From the NCBI GenBank assembly GCA_963712305.1, contig CAVQHI010000001.1, positions 1,077,383 to 1,141,382 of the forward strand: a stretch of DNA of 64,000 nucleotides. The letters are read 5' to 3'. Positions within the stretch are counted from its first letter, which is position 1. Each line of letters opens with the position of its first letter. The DNA comes from an uncultured bacterium (GTDB taxonomy: Bacteria; Bacteroidota; Rhodothermia; Balneolales; DATFMH01). A program made the position numbers and the translations under genes. A model generated the notes under the pieces. It was not told where the DNA came from. It did no database searches and worked only from the letters and a program-made list of their open reading frames with translations. Below are positions 1 through 9,989 of this stretch, piece after piece.

Positions 1-343
1 TCTGGCGTATTAGCAGATATACCGACCCCAGGATCAGCCCGAAAAAGAGTCCGTACACCGGCTCAGGATAGCGATACATGAGCTTTGGCAGCGGAACAAC
101 GCGAGTAAAAAAGACGAAAGCTGATCCAATACCTGTGATCAAAAACACCAGAAAGCGCCAGTGGAATTCACTTAAAAAATCTCCAAAACGCAATCTCAGA
201 ATAGACTTAACAGCCTTGCCATTGAGACTCTTTATCGCATGAATAAGCCGGGTGTAGATACCAAGTATCAACGCCATTGTCCCACCGCTAACCCCGGGGA
301 TGACGTCAGCACCACCCATCAGAAATCCCTTGATGATCAACAT
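1..343 (-). CDS. DUF368 family membrane protein (putative undecaprenyl-phosphate translocase family); 3' end runs off the window
   Basis: My own translation of the minus strand from the ATG at 343 gives MLIIKGFLMGGADVIPGVSGGTMALILGIYTRLIHAI... This carries the G-x-AD-x-IPGVSGGT signature of DUF368. The frame stays open to position 1. An in-frame TTG at 415 is an alternative start. Confidence 0.7.
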   Translation of the reverse strand, partial: MLIIKGFLMGGADVIPGVSGGTMALILGIYTRLIHAIKSLNGKAVKSILRLRFGDFLSEFHWRFLVFLITGIGSAFVFFTRVVPLPKLMYRYPEPVYGLFFGLILGSVYLLIRQ

Positions 344-553
344 GGGCCCTTCCTTGAGTCGGGTTGAGTCTATTGTGCGCTCTTCGTTGGTTAAAGGGTT
401 CGGTGCCGATTTCAAGAATTCTTAATTTTAAATGTTGAATTTTTAATGGATGGTAAGAGAAAAAATGATGATCTATAATTCAAAGCAAACGATTATCAAC
501 CGCATATCATAACAAATCAATTCAATATTCAAAACTAAAAATTCAAAATTACT

Positions 554-1207
554 TCACTCTTCCCAGCCTTTTTTGCCGATAAGGGGCACGAATCGGAAGT
601 GTTCGAAACGTTCTTCCTCAAACTCTGTTTCTGAGAGCCGTTTAATACGGTACATATGCTGCTTCTCGGAATCACCGACGGGGATGACCAGCCGGCCTCC
701 AATAGTCAGTTGTTGTTTCAGATTGTCCGGTATCAGCGGTGCACCCGCTGTTACCACAATGCCATCGTAAGGTGCGTATGCTGACCATCCAAGGGTACCA
801 TCATCACATTTCAACGTAGGGCGATAACCAAGCTCTTCAAGCAAAAACCGGGCTCTCTCGTATAACCCGCGATGACGCTCCACGCTGTACACGTCGGCAC
901 CCATCTCGCAGAGTACTGCGGCCTGATACCCGGAACCGGTGCCTATTTCCAGAATCTTTGCACCTGGCTTAACCTCCAGCATTTGTGTCTGCACTGCTAC
1001 TGTAAATGGTTGCGATATCGTCTGCCCAAGTTCAATTGGCAATGCCGTATCTTCGTAAGCACGCCTGTGAAGAGCCGAATCGATAAATTTATGGCGGGGC
1101 ACCATATTGATGGCTGTGAGGGCGCGTTCATCACGAATTCCCTTCTCATACAAAGAATTAACGAGTTCCTGGCGTTGACGCTTGAATTTCAAGACCGCTC
1201 CCTCCAT
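554..1207 (-). CDS. pcm: protein-L-isoaspartate O-methyltransferase
   Basis: 217-aa ORF with TISQPFTVA and the SAM-binding motif ILEIGTGSGYQAAVL, both typical of Pcm. Confidence 0.9.
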   Translation of the reverse strand: MEGAVLKFKRQRQELVNSLYEKGIRDERALTAINMVPRHKFIDSALHRRAYEDTALPIELGQTISQPFTVAVQTQMLEVKPGAKILEIGTGSGYQAAVLCEMGADVYSVERHRGLYERARFLLEELGYRPTLKCDDGTLGWSAYAPYDGIVVTAGAPLIPDNLKQQLTIGGRLVIPVGDSEKQHMYRIKRLSETEFEEERFEHFRFVPLIGKKGWEE

Positions 1208-1623
1208 GGTTGGCTAACAATAATGCAACACAAACTTTTGCACTCAGACCAGCCCTGCATTGTTATACTACGTTTATCAATACTGTGATTTGTCATCCTC
1301 ATCTGACTTCATTTCATCCAATCGAATCCATAGCCGGGTTATTGACGCAAATGAATTGTTAGTATCACATCCCCATCATCATACCAGCCGACCTTCACTG
1401 CTCAAATATATCAGTGGCTGCCTTAAGGAACAAAATAGCGGTGGACTTTAGCAAGTTGATCAAGTACAGAATATCCGGATGTTTTTGACAATAAGGATGT
1501 TAGTTTTTTTCTTCGCACGAAACACTGACAGATTCGAATTTGAAACGATAGCCAGACAGGTCCGGTTATCTGTGCAGAATAAGGAATCTTATTATTGACT
1601 TGTTTAAAAAATTAGGAGATAGC

Positions 1624-2256
1624 ATGCACATAGGGATTATAGGTACAGGATCGATGGGTAGTGCACTCGGTCAGCGATGGGCCGATGCTAACCATCAAAT
1701 TTTTTACGGATCGCGTGATCCGGGGCGTGCACGAAGCATGGTTGAGATGATGGGACCCAATGTGCAGGGTGGCTCAATCGCCAACGCCGCTGAATTCGGT
1801 GAAGTAATTTTATTGGCTGTCCCCTGGTCAGGTGTTGATAATATCCTCGATGAAGCCGGAGATCTGGAAGGAAGTGTCATAATTGATTGCACCAATCCTT
1901 TCAAAGAAGACTCCTATGATCTGGCCATCGGAACTACCCAGTCTGCGGCAGAATACATTAACTACAAAGCCAGAAACGCCCAGGTTGTAAAAGCGTTTAA
2001 TACAATATTCGCGATCAACATCGCCAAAGCCGATGATTTTGGAGATCACAAACTGGCGATGTTTTATAGCAGTGATGACGGCTCCGCAAAATCGATCGTT
2101 GTTCAACTTGGTAAAGATATTGGATTCCGGCCTGTTGATTGTGGTCCCCTCAAAAATGCGCGCCATCTCGAGGCCATGGCAGCACTGACTGTAAGCCTGG
2201 GTATTGAACTAGATAAAGGTACCGACTGGGCCTGGGATATTGTTAAGAAATCTTAG
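1624..2256 (+). CDS. NADPH-dependent F420 reductase-like / NAD(P)-binding oxidoreductase
   Basis: N-terminal Rossmann motif IGIIGTGSMGSALG. The length and pattern fit the F420_oxidored/ProC-like family. AGGAG lies 6 nt upstream of the ATG at 1624, so I prefer that start over the TTG at 1600. Confidence 0.7.
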   Translation: MHIGIIGTGSMGSALGQRWADANHQIFYGSRDPGRARSMVEMMGPNVQGGSIANAAEFGEVILLAVPWSGVDNILDEAGDLEGSVIIDCTNPFKEDSYDLAIGTTQSAAEYINYKARNAQVVKAFNTIFAINIAKADDFGDHKLAMFYSSDDGSAKSIVVQLGKDIGFRPVDCGPLKNARHLEAMAALTVSLGIELDKGTDWAWDIVKKS

Positions 2257-2314
2257 ATCTTTAGATTTAAGATTTTAGATCTGCTCCGGCAATTTCTATC
2301 CAACGTTCTTTTCT

Positions 2315-2348
2315 AAAAGCTGCTAATTATATAATAGCAGCTTTTTTT
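2315..2348 (+). terminator. rho-independent terminator
   Basis: 10-bp perfect stem AAAGCTGCTA / TAGCAGCTTT, 9-nt loop, then a T-run. Confidence 0.85.
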
Positions 2349-2487
2349 ATAGATTCATCACTATATATTCAATCAAATGACCATCATTGTTTTGCAAATG
2401 ACCACTGATAATGGCTATCGTGACTGTTTTAGCTTCATGGGCTTTTGTATCTTTTGCGCGGTAACGTTTTGAGCACGAATTCTTTTT

Positions 2488-3942
2488 ATGGCTGAAATAA
2501 ACATTTATAACACTCTGCATCGCCAAAAAGAACCCTTTAAACCATTAAATGAAGGGTTTGTCGGCATTTATGTTTGTGGTCCAACGGTGTATGGTGATCC
2601 GCATCTGGGACACGCAAAAAGCTATGTAGCATTTGATATTGTGGTCCGTTACCTGCGTTATCTGGGATATCATGTCCGCTATGTTCAGAACATTACCGAT
2701 GTGGGGCACCTGACTGACGATGCCGATCAGGGGGAAGACAAACTTGAGAAACAGGCACGCAGCGAACGGCTTGAACCTATGGAAATAGCCGAGAAGTACA
2801 CCTATGCCTATTTCCGTGATATGGATATGCTCGGTGTCCTGAGGCCTGATATCTCCCCTCGGGCATCTGGTCACATACCCGATCAGATCGCAATGATAAA
2901 GCGGTTGATCGACAACGGATTTGCTTATGAAGCAAACGGAAATGTGTATTTCGATATCTCAAAAGACGCCGACTATGGCAAACTGAGTGGTCGAAATATT
3001 GAGGAGATGGTTTCAGGCACCCGTGTTCAGACGGCTGGCGACAAACACAATCCCCAGGATTTTGCGCTCTGGAAAAAAGCCGATCCTGAACACATCATGA
3101 AATGGGATTCACCGTGGAGCGTCGGCTACCCGGGGTGGCATGTTGAGTGCTCAGCTATGTCGACCAAATATCTCGGTGAAACATTCGATATTCACGGTGG
3201 CGGACTTGAAAATCAGTTTCCACATCATGAATGCGAGATCGCTCAGAGTGAAGGTGCCAACAAAAAGGATTTTGTGCGTTACTGGATGCACAACAATATG
3301 GTCACACTCAATGGCCAGAAAATGGGGAAATCGCTGGGTAACGCGATATCGCTGCAACAATTTTTTACCGGTGATCACAAACTCCTGACCCGGGCCTGGA
3401 AACCAGCAGTCATTCGTTTCTTCCTGTTACAGAGCCATTACCGGAGTCCGAGTGATTTTTCCGAAGAAGCACTTTCGGCAGCCGAAGCCGGCATGAATAA
3501 TCTGTTTGTTATCATACAGACAATCATGGCTGCTGATCCGGGATCTGCTAAAGATTTCAATCTGGATGAGTTTCGTTCGGAAGTCGAAGACCGGATGAAT
3601 GACGATTTTAATACGCCGCAAGTTGTTGCCCTGCTTTTTGAAAAGCTTCGTCCACTTCGCAAGGACATTCAAACTGGTAACATACCGGGGAACATATCCG
3701 ATCTCCAATCATTTCTCGGGGATTTTGTTCAAGGAGTTCTGGGAATCTGGCCCGATTCAGAAACTGGTGGCGGGCACTTGAAGGAACAGCTCGATGCGGC
3801 AATGCAAGTCCTTATCGACCTTCGTAATGACGCACGTAAGAATAAAAATTTCGAGTTAGCAGATCGGATACGTGACCGTCTCACTGAAGTAGGAATTACC
3901 CTGGAAGACACCCCGAAAGGCACTATTTATAAAGTCGAATGA
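2488..3942 (+). CDS. cysS: cysteine--tRNA ligase
   Basis: Class I HIGH (HLGHAKSY) and KMSKS (KMGKSLGN) motifs. Also WPGWHVECSAM, which is typical of CysRS. Confidence 0.95.
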   Translation: MAEINIYNTLHRQKEPFKPLNEGFVGIYVCGPTVYGDPHLGHAKSYVAFDIVVRYLRYLGYHVRYVQNITDVGHLTDDADQGEDKLEKQARSERLEPMEIAEKYTYAYFRDMDMLGVLRPDISPRASGHIPDQIAMIKRLIDNGFAYEANGNVYFDISKDADYGKLSGRNIEEMVSGTRVQTAGDKHNPQDFALWKKADPEHIMKWDSPWSVGYPGWHVECSAMSTKYLGETFDIHGGGLENQFPHHECEIAQSEGANKKDFVRYWMHNNMVTLNGQKMGKSLGNAISLQQFFTGDHKLLTRAWKPAVIRFFLLQSHYRSPSDFSEEALSAAEAGMNNLFVIIQTIMAADPGSAKDFNLDEFRSEVEDRMNDDFNTPQVVALLFEKLRPLRKDIQTGNIPGNISDLQSFLGDFVQGVLGIWPDSETGGGHLKEQLDAAMQVLIDLRNDARKNKNFELADRIRDRLTEVGITLEDTPKGTIYKVE

Positions 3943-3951
3943 GGACACTGA

Positions 3952-4998
3952 ATGCCGAATAGTAATTTTTTTGTTTGGAATGGCTCGCCCGTATTATTCA
4001 AATCAGGTGAAGTTCATCTTCCTTTTGCCATTAGTGTTATTGGTCTGATTCTTGCTGTCGTCCTCTACTTCTTCGGATACAGTTATCTTGAAAAGCAGAA
4101 GCTGAAAAAACTATCCCGTAAAGCATCAAAAGATGAAAGAGTAACGTTACCCGGGACCTGGATTGCAGGACTTATCGTCGGAAGTCTCATTGTGGGTCAA
4201 CTTATTACCGTCCCACTTGGATGGTGGGTCATTCATACCTTTGGTCCCGTTACAATCCGTTGGTATGGGTTGATGTTCGCCCTTGCGTTCCTGCTGGGTT
4301 ATTACCTGGGAATCAAGATGTTCCGCGATGCCGGAAAACCGCCCGAACGTCTGGAGACACTGCTAACCTATATCATGATCGGTACGGTAGTTGGAGCACG
4401 TTTGGGACATGTCATCTTCTATGAACCTGACTATTATTTTGCGCATCCATCCGAAATTATCAAGATCTGGCACGGTGGCTTAGCCAGTCACGGCGCGGCA
4501 ATTGGCATTCTGATTGCTATCTGGCTCTATATCCGCAAGTTTCCTGATATGAAATATCTGTGGGTGCTCGACCGTGTGGTTATCCCTGTTGCCATCGGTG
4601 GGGCATTTGTGCGTATGGGAAACTTTTTTAATTCTGAGATCATCGGACATGTGACCCACGTGCCCTGGGCAATCATCTTCCAGCGTGACGACATGCTCCC
4701 CCGGCATCCTTCCATGTTATACGAATCACTTTGCTATCTGATCGGATTTTTCATTCTCTGGTGGATATACAAAAAATATAAAACATCACCCCCGGAAGGT
4801 CTTTTGCTGGGTGTTTTCCTTGTTTATGTATTTACGGGACGCTTTCTGATTGAGTTTACAAAGGTGCGTCAGGCTGATTTCACTGCTAACTGGCCGATCA
4901 CAATGGGACAGTTGCTCAGCATACCGTTCGTGTTGTTTGGCATCTGGTTGCTGGTCATGAAAGTAAAATATCCAAAGAAGATTGAAGCGGATGGATGA
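3952..4998 (+). CDS. lgt: prolipoprotein diacylglyceryl transferase, with a ~90-aa N-terminal two-TM extension
   Basis: Lgt motifs: IRWYGLMFALAFLLGY, GARLGHV, HGGLASHGAAIG, GNFFNSE. Confidence 0.9.
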   Translation: MPNSNFFVWNGSPVLFKSGEVHLPFAISVIGLILAVVLYFFGYSYLEKQKLKKLSRKASKDERVTLPGTWIAGLIVGSLIVGQLITVPLGWWVIHTFGPVTIRWYGLMFALAFLLGYYLGIKMFRDAGKPPERLETLLTYIMIGTVVGARLGHVIFYEPDYYFAHPSEIIKIWHGGLASHGAAIGILIAIWLYIRKFPDMKYLWVLDRVVIPVAIGGAFVRMGNFFNSEIIGHVTHVPWAIIFQRDDMLPRHPSMLYESLCYLIGFFILWWIYKKYKTSPPEGLLLGVFLVYVFTGRFLIEFTKVRQADFTANWPITMGQLLSIPFVLFGIWLLVMKVKYPKKIEADG

Positions 4999-5061
4999 AC
5001 GCTGTGTTTTTGAATGTTATTTAGATACTTAAAACCATAAACCGACAAAGAGGGTACCATT

Positions 5062-6483
5062 ATGGCTGACATTAAGTTTGGCACCGACGGCTGGCGTGCT
5101 GTCATCGCAAAAGATTACACATATGACAATCTGAGTATCGTTACGCAAGCAACAGCACGTTGGATCCGCAAGGATAATGTGACCAATAATGGTGTCATCA
5201 TCGGATACGACGGTCGTTTTGGCGGACGCGATTTTGCTCAACACGTCGCTTCAGTTTTCGCAGCAATGGATATTTCCGTAAGGATGGCTGATCAAATCAC
5301 TCCTACTCCGGCAATTAGCTGGGCAGCACTCGAACATGACGCTGTGGGTATCGTAATCACGGCAAGCCATAATCCACCGAATTATAATGGTTTCAAGATC
5401 AAAGCGCCGTTCGGCGGCCCTGCCACTCCCGATCAGATTGATTCAGTAGAACAAGAGTACGATAATTTTGATGACAGCCTTCAGGTTGAGTCATATGACA
5501 CCTACATGAGACGAGGTGTGGTTCGTGAGATTCCGCTTCGTTCACAGTACATGGATGTCATCCGTAAACGCATCGATCTGGATGCAATTAAAAGTAAAGG
5601 TGTGAAGATTGCGCATGATGCCATGTTCGGTGCCGGTCAGCACATCATAAAGGAACTTATAGGAGATCAGGTACATGAGCTGAGATCAGAATTCAACCCT
5701 GGTTTTCACGGACAGGCTCCGGAACCGATCGAGAAGAACCTGCAAAATCTATCCAAGTATATTACGGATAACAGAATGGCCATTGGTATCGCCAACGACG
5801 GTGACGCTGACCGTGTCGGGCTGTTTGATGAAACCGGCGCTTTTGTCAATTCCCACATCGTACTGGCATTGCTCACCAAGTACATGAGCCAGGACAAGAA
5901 GGAGAAAGGCAGCATCATAAAAACTTTTTCGACTACAGACTTGCTCGACAAACAAGCCGAAAAATACGGACTGGATCTTCAGATAACGCCTATTGGCTTT
6001 AAATACATAGCAGAGAAAATCGTAAATGGCGACGTCCTTGTAGGCGGTGAGGAATCAGGCGGGCTTGCTGTTAAGGGACACATCCCTGAACGTGACGGGA
6101 TCTTCATCGGCCTGCTCATCACCGAGATGATGGTCAAGAAAGGAAAAGCTCTGAGTGAGTTAGTTCAGGAACTGTTTGATGAATTTGGAACCCACTTCCA
6201 ATACCGCGACGACCTTCATACTTCCGACGATAAGAAAAACGCCATGATGAAATGGTGCAAAGACGAAAAAGTCGACGAAATAGCAGGTAAAAAAGTAACC
6301 AAACGAGGTTTCACCGATGGCGTAAAACACTGGCTTGAGGATGGATCATGGCTGCTCGTACGCCCATCCGGAACAGAACCGGTACTGCGCATCTACTCAG
6401 AAAGCGACAATGAAGCAGAAGCGAAGAAACTGGTGGATGCTACCACGGATCTTGTAAACGATCCGAAGATATTGAAGGGGTGA
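5062..6483 (+). CDS. phosphoglucomutase/phosphomannomutase family protein
   Basis: Active-site loop TASHNPPNYNGFK, the metal-binding DGDADR motif and GEESGG. Confidence 0.9.
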   Translation: MADIKFGTDGWRAVIAKDYTYDNLSIVTQATARWIRKDNVTNNGVIIGYDGRFGGRDFAQHVASVFAAMDISVRMADQITPTPAISWAALEHDAVGIVITASHNPPNYNGFKIKAPFGGPATPDQIDSVEQEYDNFDDSLQVESYDTYMRRGVVREIPLRSQYMDVIRKRIDLDAIKSKGVKIAHDAMFGAGQHIIKELIGDQVHELRSEFNPGFHGQAPEPIEKNLQNLSKYITDNRMAIGIANDGDADRVGLFDETGAFVNSHIVLALLTKYMSQDKKEKGSIIKTFSTTDLLDKQAEKYGLDLQITPIGFKYIAEKIVNGDVLVGGEESGGLAVKGHIPERDGIFIGLLITEMMVKKGKALSELVQELFDEFGTHFQYRDDLHTSDDKKNAMMKWCKDEKVDEIAGKKVTKRGFTDGVKHWLEDGSWLLVRPSGTEPVLRIYSESDNEAEAKKLVDATTDLVNDPKILKG

Positions 6484-6565
6484 CGTACGGGTGAACCCCT
6501 GTGTTCACCCAACCCTAGAATTCGTCCCCAGCCCTGATACCCGCCGGGGCGGTCACGGGGAACTG
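6484..6565 (+). repeat. composite REP-like repeat, left copy (hairpin GGGTGAA-N8-TTCACCC plus a conserved 39-nt tail)
   Basis: About 80 nt, roughly 85% identical by eye to 7192-7274 and in the same orientation. It overlaps the 3' end of the RAYT CDS. Confidence 0.8.
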
Positions 6566-7170
6566 CGCCTACGTATCCAATTTCTGGGATTCGATCGAAT
6601 ATAATAACGAATCGAATCCCATTCTTTTTGGCTGTGGATGATGTGCTCATAATAATTGCGATGCCATAATTTACCATCAAATCGAGGCCAGCTTTTATCA
6701 TAGACACCATCAATATATTTCTTGGTCGTCAACGACTTAAATCTCTGCACAACCTCTGACAAGGATAGCTGATCATATTTTCGAGATATATCTTCATTTC
6801 CTTGTTGCCTGGATGATTCGCACTCCGTACGGGCAACCCCCCGTGTTTGCCCCTGTCGTGTATCTTCATCTCCCACCCCTCCCATATCTTTAAGCGGCTC
6901 ATCCCCCAATACAACGATCCCATGAAAATGATCAGGCATAACGACAAATTCATCAATTGAAACTCCAGGATAATAATCTGGAATCTCCATCCATATTCTT
7001 TGGATCATCAATCCGACCTCGCTTAGAAGCATGATTCCACTTTCAATCCGACCAAACAATTTCAACCAATTTCTCACATCAATCGTGACAAAATATGCCC
7101 CCGCTTTTGTATAATCGTACCCATTCAACCGAATCGACCGGCGATGATGTCTACTTGGATCGTAAATCAT
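6553..7170 (-). mobile_element. REP-associated tyrosine transposase (RAYT) / IS200-like Y1 transposase family
   Basis: HUH motif MPDHFHGIVV, catalytic-Tyr region WHRNYYEHII and a C-terminal YIRSNPRNW. The N-terminus (RRSIRLNGYDYTKAGAYFVT) is typical of COG1943 proteins. REP-like hairpins flank the gene. Confidence 0.8.
6825..6853 (+). repeat. REP-like hairpin copy inside the RAYT coding sequence
   Basis: ccgtacGGGCAAccccccgtgtTTGCCCc has the same leader (ccgta[ct]ggg) and the same stem-loop plan as the flanking copies. It sits in the low-complexity insert between the HUH and Tyr motifs. Confidence 0.65.
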
Positions 7171-7191
7171 AATGCGTCTCTCTTTTTTCTT

Positions 7192-7274
7192 CCGTATGGG
7201 CGAATCCCTGTGTTCGCCCTACCCCTGTTGTTCGCCCCAGCCCTGATACCCGCCGGGGCAGTCACGGGGAACTG
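7192..7274 (+). repeat. composite REP-like repeat, right copy
   Basis: ccgtatGGGCGAAtccctgtgTTCGCCC, then a partial half-repeat, then the tail cccagccctgatacccgccggggcagtcacggggaactg. It starts 22 nt upstream of the RAYT start codon. Confidence 0.8.
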
Positions 7275-7385
7275 ACCCTTCATAATATGACCACAAAACC
7301 ACATGCACCTTGCACACCTTTTCACATCCCACCCTGTTAGTTTCCTGTAAAATTCCGGATATTTGTGGCGACCTTTGTAGACCTG

Positions 7386-7413
7386 CCGTATGGGCGAATC
7401 CCCGTATTCGCCC
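7386..7413 (+). repeat. solo REP-like hairpin
   Basis: ccgtatGGGCGAAtccccgtaTTCGCCC, in the same orientation, within the leader of the DegT-family gene. Confidence 0.75.
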
Positions 7414-7456
7414 TGCACAGTGTCTGCTCTTACAGCTTTCAAGTAATTTTTACGAT

Positions 7457-8701
7457 ATGAATGATACATCAACAATTAATGGAGTTCCGTTGCTGGACCT
7501 GAAGGCCCAGTACGAGGGTATCCGCGATGAGGTAAAAGCGGAAATTGAAAAAGTATTGGACAGCCAGTCTTTTGTGCTTGGACCTGCTGTTGATCAGTTT
7601 GAAAATGAGGTTGGCCAATATATCGGCACGCCAAATGCTATAGGTTGTGCATCGGGTTCTGACTCCCTTCTGCTAGCATTGATGGCCATCGATCTGCAAC
7701 CCGGAGATCTGGTTCTCACTTCACCGTACACTTTCTTTGCAACAGGCGGAGCCATAGCCCGGCTGGGTGGCATCCCCGTTTTCACGGATATCAATCCCGA
7801 CGATTATAACCTGAATGCTGACCTGGTTGAACAGTTCCTGACTGGGGACCATCCTCTGTCAAGGCGTTTCAAAGATCACAAAAAACGAATTAAGGCTATT
7901 ATTCCGGTTCATCTGTATGGTCAGTGTGCCGACATGGCACATCTTACTGAAATTGCAGTTCGCCATGATGTAGATCTGATTGAGGATACAGCACAGGCTA
8001 TTGGTTCCAAATTTAAAGGCAGAACGGCGGGAACGATGGGCGACTTCGGCTGCTTCAGTTTCTTTCCAAGTAAAAACCTCGGAGGATATGGAGACGGCGG
8101 ACTCATCTCGACGGATAATTCCGAATATGCCGACAAACTCAGAATCCTGCGCGTCCATGGTTCAAAGCCGAAATATCATCATAAGGTTGTTGGTATTAAC
8201 AGCCGTCTCGATTCTCTTCAGGCCGCTGTACTTAGTGTTAAATTGCGTCACCTCGAAGACTGGCATACGGCCCGTCGTGAAAAAGCAATTAAATATAACC
8301 AACTGTTTGAAGAGGCCGGAATTCGTCTGAATGACCAGGTCCAACGTCCTTCAGATATAAATGATGTTGTTGATTCCAATATTGATAAGCTGTTAACTCC
8401 TGTTGAAGTGTCTGGAAAACCGGAATCAGGTGGCAGACACGTGTATCATCAATATGTCATTCGTACGCTAAGGCGTGATGAGCTCAAGAACGCACTCGAT
8501 TCCGCAGGAATTGGAAACGCCATTTACTACCCCGTACCACTGCATGAGCAGGAATGCTTCACGTACCTGGGTTACCAGGATATCGATTGCCCGAATTCTT
8601 CGGCGGCAGGTAGACAAACGCTTGCACTTCCAATCTATCCTGAACTGACAGATGATCAGCAGGAATATATTGTCGCACATATCGTTAAAGCGCTGAAATA
8701 A
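7457..8701 (+). CDS. DegT/DnrJ/EryC1/StrS family PLP-dependent aminotransferase
   Basis: The conserved N-terminus LLDLKAQY begins just after the ATG at 7457. The PLP-lysine region is FSFFPSKNLGGYGDGG. The upstream part of the 7310 ORF is only translated REP repeats. Confidence 0.85.
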   Translation: MNDTSTINGVPLLDLKAQYEGIRDEVKAEIEKVLDSQSFVLGPAVDQFENEVGQYIGTPNAIGCASGSDSLLLALMAIDLQPGDLVLTSPYTFFATGGAIARLGGIPVFTDINPDDYNLNADLVEQFLTGDHPLSRRFKDHKKRIKAIIPVHLYGQCADMAHLTEIAVRHDVDLIEDTAQAIGSKFKGRTAGTMGDFGCFSFFPSKNLGGYGDGGLISTDNSEYADKLRILRVHGSKPKYHHKVVGINSRLDSLQAAVLSVKLRHLEDWHTARREKAIKYNQLFEEAGIRLNDQVQRPSDINDVVDSNIDKLLTPVEVSGKPESGGRHVYHQYVIRTLRRDELKNALDSAGIGNAIYYPVPLHEQECFTYLGYQDIDCPNSSAAGRQTLALPIYPELTDDQQEYIVAHIVKALK

Positions 8702-8724
8702 TTTTCATTTAAAAACTGAGATTC

Positions 8725-9989
8725 ATGGCAAAACCCCTTTTTACGACCCACACCGGCATGGTTGACATCTTACCGGGAGAAGTTGAAAAATGGCAGCAAC
8801 TCGAACAACTGATAAGGGATACCGCCCGCCGGTTTCATTTCAGGGAAATCAGAACACCTATAATGGAACAGACGGAACTGATTGCCCGTGGTGTAGGACA
8901 ACTAACCGATATCGTCTCAAAGGAAATGTTCGCTTTCGATCGCGGGGATGATCATTACGTGCTTCGTCCGGAGGGAACAGCACCGGTCAGTCGGGCCTAT
9001 ATCGAACATAATCTCAAACAGCGGGGTGGAACACAACAGTTTTTTTATATGGGTCCCATGTTCCGTGCAGAACGACCTCAAAAAGGTCGTCAACGCCAGT
9101 TTCATCAGTTTGGTGCGGAAATAATTGGGAGTCCCGATCCGGCAGCAGATGTGGATGTTATTGCGTTTATGATGGCTGTTTATCGCAAGGTTGGCATTCG
9201 TAATTTCACACTTAAAATTAATTCAGTGGGTGATCCCGAGAGCCGTCAGCGCTATAAAGAAGTATTGCAGGATTACCTGCGGCCCAATCTGTCAAAACTT
9301 TCGGAAGTCTCTCAGCAACGTTTTGAAACCAATCCGATGAGTATCCTCGATTCGAAGGAAGAACAGGACAGGCCGATTGTCGAAGATGCACCGGTAATCA
9401 CCGATTATCTGAATGAAGATTGTCAGGAACACTTTGAACAGGTAAAACAATATTTGTCAGCTCTCAATATCTCATATGAGGTTGATCCAAGACTCGTTCG
9501 GGGACTGGACTACTATACCAAAACCGCTTTCGAACTAATTAGCCCTGATTTGGGGGGACAGGATGCCCTCGGCGCAGGAGGACGTTACGATCTCTTGATC
9601 GAAGAACTGGGTGGACCATCAACTCCTGCTGTTGGTTTGCCGCAGGAATTGAGCGCTTGTTCATAGCCTGCGAAGCAATGGGTATCGAACTCGGTTCAGA
9701 ACCGGCCGTTGACGTGTATCTGGTGACCATAGGCCATAAAGCCCGCAATTGGGCACTTGCTCATCTGAATGATTTTCGGGAGAAAGGTCTGGCATGTACC
9801 ATGGATTACGCTGGACGTTCCATCAAAGCGCAGATGAAAGACGCCAATCGTGAAAATGCACGATTTTCAATCATCATTGGCGATAATGAGCTTGAATCAG
9901 GCAGGTTCACTCTGCGGGATATGGAGCAAAGTGAAGAAGAAAACCTGTCATTCGATGACATTCTCAAACGCGTCGCTCCCACAATGTAA
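8725..9989 (+). pseudogene. hisS: histidine--tRNA ligase, interrupted by a 1-nt deletion in a T-run (or a sequencing error)
   Basis: Class II HisRS motifs are present (RPEGTAPVSRAY, MFRAERPQKGRQRQFHQFG, GGRYD). Frame 1 ends at 9666. The frame that includes 9636 reads F-AAGIERLFIACEAMG and continues through the anticodon-binding domain to 9989. GGTTTGCC at 9634-9641 should be GGTTTTGCC. Confidence 0.9.

Noticed and set aside
1260-1451. 63-aa ORF in the pcm/oxidoreductase divergent intergenic region
   Set aside because: It has no RBS, a Ser/His-rich low-complexity translation, and lies in a probable promoter region.
7167-7475. 102-aa minus-strand ORF (…GRANTGIRPYGRKKRDAL)
   Set aside because: It is simply the translation of the REP-like repeats and the leader of the DegT-family gene. 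It has no coding-like features and overlaps better-supported elements.
9628-9666. Programmed ribosomal frameshift in hisS
   Set aside because: I see no slippery heptamer with a downstream structure, and no known precedent for HisRS. The neighbouring genes carry many similar indels, so an error or mutation is far more likely.
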